Positions 11,415 through 18,932 of a DNA stretch of 64,000 bases are shown here, piece by piece. The notes below the pieces were generated by a model. It was not told the origin of the DNA and ran no database searches. It was given only the letters and a program-made list of their open reading frames with translations. The position numbers and the translations under genes were made by a program. The stretch's first letter is position 1, and each line of letters opens with the position of its first letter. This stretch comes from Candidatus Altiarchaeales archaeon (lineage in GTDB: Archaea; Altiarchaeota; Altiarchaeia; IMC4; QMZM01), in contig CAVVMY010000013.1 of assembly GCA_963749405.1 (NCBI GenBank), positions 1 through 64,000 of the forward strand, in the 5' to 3' direction.

Positions 11415-12677
11415 ATGAAAAAAACAATAAAATACTCCGGCCTAAAGGCCGGAGTATTGCTCTCAAAAGCGGCAGAGATAGGTATGGATAAACCCCTGCC
11501 TCAAAGGCAGGGGTATTCTGCCGCTTTTGTGATAAACAAAAAAACAAGAAAAAAAATCCTGATATCAGCATCAGTAATCCTCGTCATAGCATTGATCATC
11601 AATACTTCGGCGATAATCCCCGCAGCCTTGGCCTTGGCTGCCGAGTACTTCACCGAAAGATACCAAGCGGCATTGCCCGGCGCTGTAGCGATGGAAGCAG
11701 GCCACTGGCTTTCTGCTGCAACTATCCGCATAATATTTGCGTACTTCGTATACTGGGGGTTCTTTTCAAAGTACGCGGACTTATGCAACCATTTGCCTGA
11801 GCTGATACTAATGAATCCCAAGATTATGATAGCAGATGATCGCGGCAACTACTACGGAAATCCGCCCATGGAAGAGCTTGTCGATTCGTTCATCCGCATA
11901 ACCCAGCCGTTTTACGTCTTTGCCATAATGCTGGTCGCATTCTACCTCCTGTTCGTCTCAGGTTCGCCTCTGGGACGGGCCAGGGCAAAGTCCAGCCTGA
12001 TAAGACTGGTCCTCTCAATGGGCGTTATAGTGCTAACCATACCCATCATCCAGCTCTGCCTGGACTTCTCGGAAGTGCTTTCAGGGAGCATCCTGAACAT
12101 GCAGGACATAGCACCCGGCATAGCAGTCCTCCAGGAAGCAGTCTACGGGCTATGGCAGAACTATTTCACCGCAATCGTCTTCAACTACTGGAACTCGGTA
12201 TATCTGCTGATGTTTTCCGCAGTGATGTTCTTCCTGCCATTCGCAATAATTGCGCTGAGATATTTTATGATAATATACTTCACCGCACTCTTCCCGCTGA
12301 CAGTGCTATTCTACGCCTTCTACTTCACCAGAAACATGGGCGGACACATATTCAGAGAAACATTCCGATGGATATTCATCCAGCCGCTCTGGGCCATGAT
12401 ACTCGTGGCAATATCTGCGGCCGCAGTCTCGATGCCCTTCATAAACACCGACGCCACAGCACGCATGGGCTTCGGCCTTGCAGGATTCATAGTGCTTACA
12501 ATAGCGCCCCTCATAGTGGTAAAAGTCATGGACTGGCTCGCAATGCTCATGATAATGCTGACGGCAATAGAATTCCCGGGCATGCACGGCGTAGTAGGCA
12601 TGATAGACGAATTACAAGTAGAAGGTCCGGAAACACAGGAAATAACCCCGCCGCCGCCCATAAGGCCCAGGGCCTAA
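11415..12677 (+). CDS. Polytopic membrane protein, paralog 5 of 5 (true start uncertain; possibly GTG ~11529 downstream of a structured element)
   Basis: Motifs FYVFAIMLVAFYLLFVSGSPLGRARAKSSLIRLVLSMGVIVLTIP and FTALFPLTVLFYAFYFTRNMGGHIFRETFRWIFIQPLWAM. The first ~38 codons of the ORF overlap nested hairpins that recur in a non-coding context at 59028-59174. Confidence 0.7.
   Translation: MKKTIKYSGLKAGVLLSKAAEIGMDKPLPQRQGYSAAFVINKKTRKKILISASVILVIALIINTSAIIPAALALAAEYFTERYQAALPGAVAMEAGHWLSAATIRIIFAYFVYWGFFSKYADLCNHLPELILMNPKIMIADDRGNYYGNPPMEELVDSFIRITQPFYVFAIMLVAFYLLFVSGSPLGRARAKSSLIRLVLSMGVIVLTIPIIQLCLDFSEVLSGSILNMQDIAPGIAVLQEAVYGLWQNYFTAIVFNYWNSVYLLMFSAVMFFLPFAIIALRYFMIIYFTALFPLTVLFYAFYFTRNMGGHIFRETFRWIFIQPLWAMILVAISAAAVSMPFINTDATARMGFGLAGFIVLTIAPLIVVKVMDWLAMLMIMLTAIEFPGMHGVVGMIDELQVEGPETQEITPPPPIRPRA
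11432..11528 (+). ncRNA. Structured intergenic element, copy A (terminal hairpin ATACTCCGGC-loop-GCCGGAGTAT plus outer stem AAAAGCGGCAGA…TCTGCCGCTTTT enclosing inner hairpin CCCCTGCC-TCAAA-GGCAGGGG)
   Basis: Read directly. Same architecture and near-identical first hairpin recur at 59028-59174. Confidence 0.45.
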
Positions 12678-12735
12678 AGTATAATAAATGCAGTATATAT
12701 TCCAGAATATAGTATAATTATGTAAATTAAAAGCA

Positions 12736-14025
12736 ATGGCAGCAATACCCATACAGGAAGAATCCCAGGCCACAATCGAACGCGATAGAGAACAGGAAAA
12801 ATTAATAAGAGTGCAGGGAGGATTCTCCTTAGACCCTCAGACCCTGGCAGTGATAATAGACGCAGCCCTGATAATCTTCTTCCTATTCTTCTACCCACCC
12901 AACCAGCCAGTCTCTTTCCCCTACGGAATCAGCATCCAGCCAAACGTCCTCATACCCCTGCTGACAGTGCTTCTGATAGGCCTGATAATAAACAAATCCA
13001 TAGTCAACTTCATGGAATACGAACGAGGCGTCGTATTCAAATGGGGCAAATTCAACAGGATAGCAGGCCCAGGCTGGGAAATAATATTCCCCCTGATGGA
13101 GCGATACATCAAAGTCGACCTGCGGCTGGAAGTAATAAGCCTGCCGCCCCACGAAGTAGTCACAAAAGACAAGGTACGCTTCCTCGTATCCCCTGAGATA
13201 TTCATGTACGTCTCCAACCCAAAAGACGCCATACTAAACGTGCAGAACTACAAGAAAGCAACAATACAATACGTAACAAGCGCCCTCACCCACACACTGG
13301 GCGACTCGACCTCAGACTACATAGTCGCGCACATGAACGAAATATCCGACACCCTCGGACACTCAGTAGAACACATAACAAACACGCCCGGAAAAGAATG
13401 GGGCATCGTCGTACCCAGAGTCAAACTGGCATTCATCCGCTTCCCGGACGAGGTACAGTCCGCAATGCACAAAAAAGTAGCAAGCGAACAACTGAAACTC
13501 GCAGCCCATGAAAAAGCCGAGGCAATAAAAGTGGAAATAGACGCAATAAGAGAAGCAGGAGGAAAACTCACAGACCCGGCCCTGACATACATGTACCTCG
13601 AATCCCTCGACAAAGTAGCCAAAGGAAAAGCCACAAAAATAGTCCTACCCCTCGAAATATCCAAGATGGCAGAAACCATCACCAGAAGAACCAGCGGAGC
13701 AATAGGAAGCGGAAAACAGGAATTAAACCTGCCACCCGACGTAGTCCAAAGATATGCAGAGATCGCAGACAACTACGACAAAAGGCTCAAGGACATAGAA
13801 GGCAAACTCACAGCCTCCGAAGGAAGAGAGGAGCGCAACCGGATGCTAAGAGACGAATACAGGAGAAAGGAGTTGGAAGACAAAACCGGAAAACCAGAAG
13901 ACTCCGCGGAAAAAGAAGGACCGGAAAATACGGAAAAACCGCAGACAAGCCGGAAAGAAGACAGCGAATTAAAAGAATACAAAGACCGGATACGCGAGAT
14001 AAAGAAGAGAGTAGGCATAGACTAA
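12736..14025 (+). CDS. SPFH/band-7 (stomatin/prohibitin/HflK-C-like) membrane protein with long charged coiled-coil C-terminal tail
   Basis: N-terminal TM segments, then FKWGKFNRIAGPGWEIIFPLMERYIKVDLRLEVISLPPHEVVTKDKVRFLVSPEIFMYVSNPKDAILNVQNYKKATIQYVTSALTHTLGD (SPFH core). E/K/R-rich tail to 429 aa. Confidence 0.8.
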   Translation: MAAIPIQEESQATIERDREQEKLIRVQGGFSLDPQTLAVIIDAALIIFFLFFYPPNQPVSFPYGISIQPNVLIPLLTVLLIGLIINKSIVNFMEYERGVVFKWGKFNRIAGPGWEIIFPLMERYIKVDLRLEVISLPPHEVVTKDKVRFLVSPEIFMYVSNPKDAILNVQNYKKATIQYVTSALTHTLGDSTSDYIVAHMNEISDTLGHSVEHITNTPGKEWGIVVPRVKLAFIRFPDEVQSAMHKKVASEQLKLAAHEKAEAIKVEIDAIREAGGKLTDPALTYMYLESLDKVAKGKATKIVLPLEISKMAETITRRTSGAIGSGKQELNLPPDVVQRYAEIADNYDKRLKDIEGKLTASEGREERNRMLRDEYRRKELEDKTGKPEDSAEKEGPENTEKPQTSRKEDSELKEYKDRIREIKKRVGID

Positions 14026-14030
14026 AAAAA

Positions 14031-14300
14031 ATGGCGGAGAAAATAGACACAGACAACATATACATAGACGAGGAGGAGAACTTTGTCGCAGTGAAGGTGA
14101 ATACGAAACTGTACAGGATACATGCCATAATGAATGCTGCGGATGAGTTCCTGGAGGAATCAAATTTCATAGTGGACGGCGACCCTGACAAGGAGATAAT
14201 AGTCAAATTCGTCCCCAAGAGGCGGTTCAGCCGCCAGCAGCTCGCAGACCTGGCCCATAAGTTCTGCACCCTCCTTGTCACATTCAGCTCAACCCGGTGA
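14031..14300 (+). CDS. Small hypothetical protein (89 aa, acidic)
   Basis: ORF MAEKIDTDNIYIDEEENFVAVKVNTKLYRIHAIMNAADEFLEE..., tightly packed between the SPFH and bPH-like genes. No recognisable motif. Confidence 0.35.
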   Translation: MAEKIDTDNIYIDEEENFVAVKVNTKLYRIHAIMNAADEFLEESNFIVDGDPDKEIIVKFVPKRRFSRQQLADLAHKFCTLLVTFSSTR

Positions 14301-14922
14301 AAAAATGACTTTCCAAGAAGAGATAAAAAAGCTTGACTACAAGGGAATAGGACTCCTGATGGCAATCGCGCTGGTCCTGGGAGTGATATACGGAGCCTTC
14401 TTCATACACAACATGTTTTTTGGGATAGTTGCGATGGTCATAGCAGTATTCGGATGCTATTACGTCATGTCGTCGTTCTTTGAAGAAGAAAAACCAGTCA
14501 GCCTGGAGCCAGGAGAGAAAATGATCCTGCGCACATTGGACCGCGCCTATCTGCTGCTGCCGAAAAAAGGAGGATTTCTCACCACGCAATCGCAGAGAGA
14601 CCTTTCCGTGTACCTTACCAACAGGAGGATATTTGCCAAGAAATCTTCCGGGGAAACGGTATTCGAAAAACCTATAACTGACCTGTCGGGAGTTACGTCT
14701 GAGAAGAGGCTCATGACAAGTTATCTGCGCCTGAGGTATTATTCTGAAGGAAAAGAAAAAGACGTCCTGCTATTCGTCGGGGACAGCGGCATCTGGATAA
14801 AGAGGCTGGGCGAACTGGGCGTGAGAGAAAAAGACGAATTCGAAACAGACAAGGCGGAAAAAGACAAATTCGTGGAAGACTCAAAGAAATTGAAAAACAA
14901 GATAGACCGAAAAACAAAATAG
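14296..14922 (+). CDS. Membrane protein with two TM helices and a bacterial-PH-like (DUF304/YdbT-like) domain; start probably MTFQEE at 14296
   Basis: GIGLLMAIALVLGVIYGAFFIHNMFFGIVAMVIAVFGCYYV TM hairpin, then a ~120-aa beta-rich domain and a K/E tail. ORF 14275 is in the same frame. Confidence 0.45.
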   Translation, partial: GEKMTFQEEIKKLDYKGIGLLMAIALVLGVIYGAFFIHNMFFGIVAMVIAVFGCYYVMSSFFEEEKPVSLEPGEKMILRTLDRAYLLLPKKGGFLTTQSQRDLSVYLTNRRIFAKKSSGETVFEKPITDLSGVTSEKRLMTSYLRLRYYSEGKEKDVLLFVGDSGIWIKRLGELGVREKDEFETDKAEKDKFVEDSKKLKNKIDRKTK

Positions 14923-14930
14923 GAGAGAAT

Positions 14931-15644
14931 ATGACAGAAAACAAGGTTACCCTAAATAGAAAATTCTTCGCCTTGCTGTCGATACTGCTGGCATCCGCAG
15001 CAGTCATGGAAACACATGCGGACAGTTACTACGTATGCATGAGCGGAAAATGGACCCTTGCGGCGATGAGTCAATACTGCGCATCCGACTGCTACGACCT
15101 GGACACCGCAACCTGCTCGGCGCAGCCTGCCCCTACAAGCAAGATTAGTTTAACGTCCGACTGCGGCGCAGACTCAAGAGCATTAGGCGGAAAATGCGTA
15201 GTCGTAAAAGCCGGTGAATCGGCTCCGCAAGATACGACAGCGTCGCCTGCGGCCTTTTCCACAACTACGACAACTGCATCCTCAAGTTCCCCGTCAGCTC
15301 AATCCGGCGCAGAAGAAGCAGGCTTTCAGACAGCGAATTGCCAATGCACCTGCGGCGCCAAGACAATAAATGCGACAGGAATCTACAAGCCAGGATCCTT
15401 CCTGGGCATAACCAACCCCCTTGACACGATGACTGCTGCGACGAAGTGTCAGGAGCAGTGTGCGAGGACATGCGGCGGATTCACCACCTGCGCGAATCAG
15501 ACGGACGCTGATTGCGATACCTGCTGCACGAATTATTGCGCAACCAGCTACAGCAGTGGCTCGGGGACGACGTCATCTGGGAGTGGTACTGAGAACCATG
15601 CAATACCTCATGCAAGAGCACCTGTAAATTCCGGGGAACCGTGA
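14931..15644 (+). CDS. Secreted Cys-rich, Ser/Thr-rich protein
   Basis: Signal peptide FFALLSILLASAAVMETHA. About 20 Cys in patterned spacing (CQCTCGAKT, CQEQCARTCGGFTTCANQTDADCDTCCTNYC). STTTTTASSSS linker. Confidence 0.55.
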   Translation: MTENKVTLNRKFFALLSILLASAAVMETHADSYYVCMSGKWTLAAMSQYCASDCYDLDTATCSAQPAPTSKISLTSDCGADSRALGGKCVVVKAGESAPQDTTASPAAFSTTTTTASSSSPSAQSGAEEAGFQTANCQCTCGAKTINATGIYKPGSFLGITNPLDTMTAATKCQEQCARTCGGFTTCANQTDADCDTCCTNYCATSYSSGSGTTSSGSGTENHAIPHARAPVNSGEP

Positions 15645-15850
15645 ACGGGATAACTGACATAATCTACATGGCGGCAGGCATCCTTGGAGCGCTCATGATA
15701 GCAATACACGGTATAAGGATGGCAACCTCACAGGACCCGAATGAAAGGGACGCATCCAAAAGCAGCATAATCCATGTCATACTCGCGCTGATCATAATCG
15801 CCATGGCGGCGGCCCTTGTCAACATGTTCATAAGCATGGGCGGGGTATGA
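15641..15850 (+). CDS. Small two-TM membrane protein (69 aa), translationally coupled to the upstream gene (4-nt overlap)
   Basis: MNGITDIIYMAAGILGALMIAIHGIRMATSQDPNERDASKSSIIHVILALIIIAMAAALVNMFISMGGV: two hydrophobic helices with a short polar loop. Size and shape resemble VirB2/TrbC/CedA1-type subunits (inference only). Confidence 0.5.
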   Translation: MNGITDIIYMAAGILGALMIAIHGIRMATSQDPNERDASKSSIIHVILALIIIAMAAALVNMFISMGGV

Positions 15851-15860
15851 AACGGGCCTT

Positions 15861-17621
15861 TCAGAATTTTTTTATGTTAACGTGTCCGTCGGCGGTCAGT
15901 TTTTCAATTATGTATTCTACAGCTTCAGGCGTGAGCCTGGTCTCTTTGGCCAGTTCGTCGACTGTCTTTTTGCCGTCGACTCTTTCTATTACCTTTATTA
16001 TCTGAGGATACTTGGCATACTTTAATTTATCCAGAAGGCCGATCTTTTTCTTAAATTCTGGCACCTCTGGCCTGGGGCGCTGCTGGGGCTTCTGTGCCGC
16101 TGCTTGGGCTGCCTGGATTAGTTCCTCTTTTTTGATTACTATCTCCCGGGTATTCTGCGGCTCCTGCGGTGTCTGCTGCGTCTTTGGTTCTTCCTGCGGC
16201 GCGGCTGAATCGGGCAGAGGCTCTTTTGATTCCTGTGGCTGGGCTGCTAACTTATTTTCATCAGGCGCATTCCCAGCAGTTTCCTGCGGTGCTCCTCCTA
16301 TGCCTACAAAGTGTTTCTTTCTCTTGTCCCATCCCCAGTATACGTCGGCATTTTTATTAAGATCGCGTATCTCTGATGTGGTCTTGTCCACGAGCTCCTC
16401 GGATGATTCGTTACTGGCTTCGTTTGTGATCGGTGCCTGTTCCTCTGCTGCCGGCGATTCTGGTTCTGTGTTCGCAGGGGCTGTGGCGTTCTGCTCGGGT
16501 GCTTCTTCCTGCAACTGCGCAGGTGCGGTTGCCGGGGGGCTTTCGTTGCTTGGCTTCTGGCTGCCCTCAGACGGCGTCTCGGACTTTTTCGCTTCTTTCT
16601 TCTTTTTAAGCCTCTGGAGTGTGGCATTTGCCCTCGTTAGCCATTCATCACTAGAGGCTTTGGGCGTTTGAGCAGCAGATGACTCCTCCCTATCTAAGAT
16701 TCCCTTTTGTGTAATGCGTTGATGCGTCCGCCCAAGTATGGCATCGCGCACCTGTTCATTGAAATCCTCTGACTGCGTCTTCTCTGACGAAGCAGGCGTT
16801 TCTTCCTGCTCCTCGGTTTCCGCAGCAGGCTCCGGGGTTTCTGGCTCTGCTTCTTCCTTCTCTTTCTCTTCTGCCGCAGCCATGGGAGATTCTTCAGTTA
16901 TCCTCTCCCAGGGATCCTCGCGGAGTATCATCTCATCAAGGGATTTTTCGTCAGGGGAGTCTTCCATGCTCTTTGAAGGCTCAGCATAACTTTTCTGAGA
17001 ATCCATGCCCTCTGCTTGGGCATCGCCGGCCTGTGCAGTCTGTGCTTGCTCCTCGGAAGACGGTTTAGATTCCTTAACAGTTTCTGCAGGCTCTGGGCTG
17101 GCTGCCGGGACTTCTTTATGCTCTGACTTCTCTTCCCCCGAGACTTTATCCTCTGAGGGCTCTTCTGGGGCAGGAATATCAACGTTTACCTTGTAGGAGC
17201 GGTCCCTTAGGTCTCCTTTCAGTATCATCTCCAGATAAGGCTTCTCCCTTTCCTCGAACTGCTTCCATTTAGCTTCGAAATCCTTCCACTGTGCCTCAAG
17301 ACTGAAGAGACCTTCTTTGCGTACATCCACATCCACTCTCCCGATATCCCCAAGGGTCTTTCCAAGGTCTCTTACCAGTTCAAGAAGAGACGAGTCCTTC
17401 CCGCCCAGGTACGACTTAAAGCCTTCATCTGAAAGCTCATAGGCAACAACTTCGCCGGAGGACTCTTTTATGTAATCCAATATCCCCTGAAAAGCCTCTT
17501 CGCCGAATATCTGGGTCGACTCGGCAGGGCATTTCAGGGACGCAGCTATTATGAAATTATTCTGCAATATAAGCTCCGCCTCATAAGATCTCTGCTCACA
17601 GGACATCTTCATCCGGACCAC
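15861..17621 (-). CDS. Highly acidic low-complexity protein with folded N-terminal domain and C-terminal winged-helix-like domain
   Basis: 586 aa. N-terminal ~110 aa structured (…GEVVAYELSDEGFKSYLGG…). Long E/P/S/A/Q-rich acidic middle. C-terminus KKIGLLDKLKYAKYPQIIKVIERVDGKKTVDELAKETRLTPEAVEYIIEKLTADGHVNIKKF is HTH-like. Confidence 0.5.
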   Translation of the reverse strand: MVRMKMSCEQRSYEAELILQNNFIIAASLKCPAESTQIFGEEAFQGILDYIKESSGEVVAYELSDEGFKSYLGGKDSSLLELVRDLGKTLGDIGRVDVDVRKEGLFSLEAQWKDFEAKWKQFEEREKPYLEMILKGDLRDRSYKVNVDIPAPEEPSEDKVSGEEKSEHKEVPAASPEPAETVKESKPSSEEQAQTAQAGDAQAEGMDSQKSYAEPSKSMEDSPDEKSLDEMILREDPWERITEESPMAAAEEKEKEEAEPETPEPAAETEEQEETPASSEKTQSEDFNEQVRDAILGRTHQRITQKGILDREESSAAQTPKASSDEWLTRANATLQRLKKKKEAKKSETPSEGSQKPSNESPPATAPAQLQEEAPEQNATAPANTEPESPAAEEQAPITNEASNESSEELVDKTTSEIRDLNKNADVYWGWDKRKKHFVGIGGAPQETAGNAPDENKLAAQPQESKEPLPDSAAPQEEPKTQQTPQEPQNTREIVIKKEELIQAAQAAAQKPQQRPRPEVPEFKKKIGLLDKLKYAKYPQIIKVIERVDGKKTVDELAKETRLTPEAVEYIIEKLTADGHVNIKKF

Positions 17622-17957
17622 TCCCCTAAAACTCTCAGGCAGGCCCCCTCAAAAGAGAGCCAACACTCTTAAGGTCCCCTGCCAACTTCCTTTTCTCCGG
17701 AGAAAAATCCATCCTAGGATCCACATTCACACTCCATACAAAGCAGCCAACTATGCCATTAAATTTTATACGTTATGAGAATATATACTTCCAAACCGCG
17801 TGGTGGACGAGCCACCACCCAGTTTTTGGTATTTGCAGGCATGGCCTGCATCCCTTGGGACCTGACCCTCCCCCGGGTAGGTCTAAAGACCTACTGCCGA
17901 CGAGGAAAATCAATCTCATCACAAAAAATAGGCCCCTGTTAATCTATTAGAAGAAAA

Positions 17958-18887
17958 TCATTTCAAAAAGTGTTCATAACCTTTTTTCTCAAAGGGCTGC
18001 CCCTTCCCATCAGATACCAAAACAACGCCTTTTCCTTCAACTACGCCTATCTCGGTCGTATCAATATATCCCTGAATCCTGGCATAATGCTTCCCTGGCA
18101 TGGTATAGACCAACTCATAGTCTCCGCCGCCGTAGAGAGCCAGGTCAAGGGGCGAAATATCCGCCCGCCTGGCAACCCGTCTGGTAGACGCGGATATTGG
18201 AACCCTGTCTGCAAATATTTTCATCCCTGTGCCGCTCATGGTTGCCATGTCATGGACGCACATGGAAAGGCTGTCTGAGGTGTCGGTGAGGGCATTTGCG
18301 TATTTGCCTATGATCCTGCCCTCCTTTACCCTGGCAACAGGCTCAAGCGCTTTCCTGACCGCGCCGCCGGAACCCGGATAATTCAGGCCCTTCAGAAGCA
18401 TATGCACGCCCAAGGAAGCCGCACCCAGGCTGCCGGTTACAGCTACTACGTCGCCTCTCCTGGCGCCGGATCTGGTAACAGGCCTCCTGGTTTTGCCCAA
18501 GCAGAAACCAGCCAAGGTAAGCATATCCGATTCCTTGGTGTCCCCGCCGACGTATTTAGCGCCATATCTGCGGCACTGCTTTTCCGCGGCGCGCAGGACC
18601 CTTTCAAAGACTTGGTATTCGGTTTCCCTCGGCATGCCGCAGGCCATCAAAAACGCAACCGGCTCTGCGCCCATAGCTGCTACGTCGCTTACGTTCACGC
18701 TCACAATGAGGCAGCCGATCTGTTCTGCTGTCATGCCCGGGAGGATGTGTGTTTTTTGGAATATCATGTCCGTTGTGAGCACGAGGTATTCGCCGCCGTG
18801 GGGGATGCATGCTGCGTCATCTCTGACGTCGAGAAAGGAGCCAAGCCTCTTTACTATTTCTTTTTCCCCTAATTCTGATAGTTTCAT
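17958..18887 (-). CDS. thiL: Thiamine-monophosphate kinase (AIR-synthase-related PurM-like family)
   Basis: GEKEIVKRL…DDAACIPHGGEYLVLTTDMIFQKTHI…IVSVNVSDVAAMGAEPVAFLMACGMP, the ThiL N-terminal signature. 309 aa. Confidence 0.65.
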   Translation of the reverse strand: MKLSELGEKEIVKRLGSFLDVRDDAACIPHGGEYLVLTTDMIFQKTHILPGMTAEQIGCLIVSVNVSDVAAMGAEPVAFLMACGMPRETEYQVFERVLRAAEKQCRRYGAKYVGGDTKESDMLTLAGFCLGKTRRPVTRSGARRGDVVAVTGSLGAASLGVHMLLKGLNYPGSGGAVRKALEPVARVKEGRIIGKYANALTDTSDSLSMCVHDMATMSGTGMKIFADRVPISASTRRVARRADISPLDLALYGGGDYELVYTMPGKHYARIQGYIDTTEIGVVEGKGVVLVSDGKGQPFEKKGYEHFLK

Positions 18888-18932
18888 CGCAATTTAACCC
18901 CTTAATCCAAGAATTATTAGTATCGTTAGATA

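Noticed and set aside
10516-11418. 300-aa ORF in an alternative plus frame overlapping paralog 4, and 10345..10848 minus-strand ORF
   Set aside because: Basic/His-Arg-rich nonsense composition. The overlapped frame carries the conserved family motifs and membrane topology.
12678-12735. AT-rich stretch between paralog 5 and the SPFH gene considered as a separate element
   Set aside because: It looks like an ordinary archaeal promoter/RBS region (tatatattccagaatatagtataattatg). There is no repeat structure beyond TATA-like tracts.
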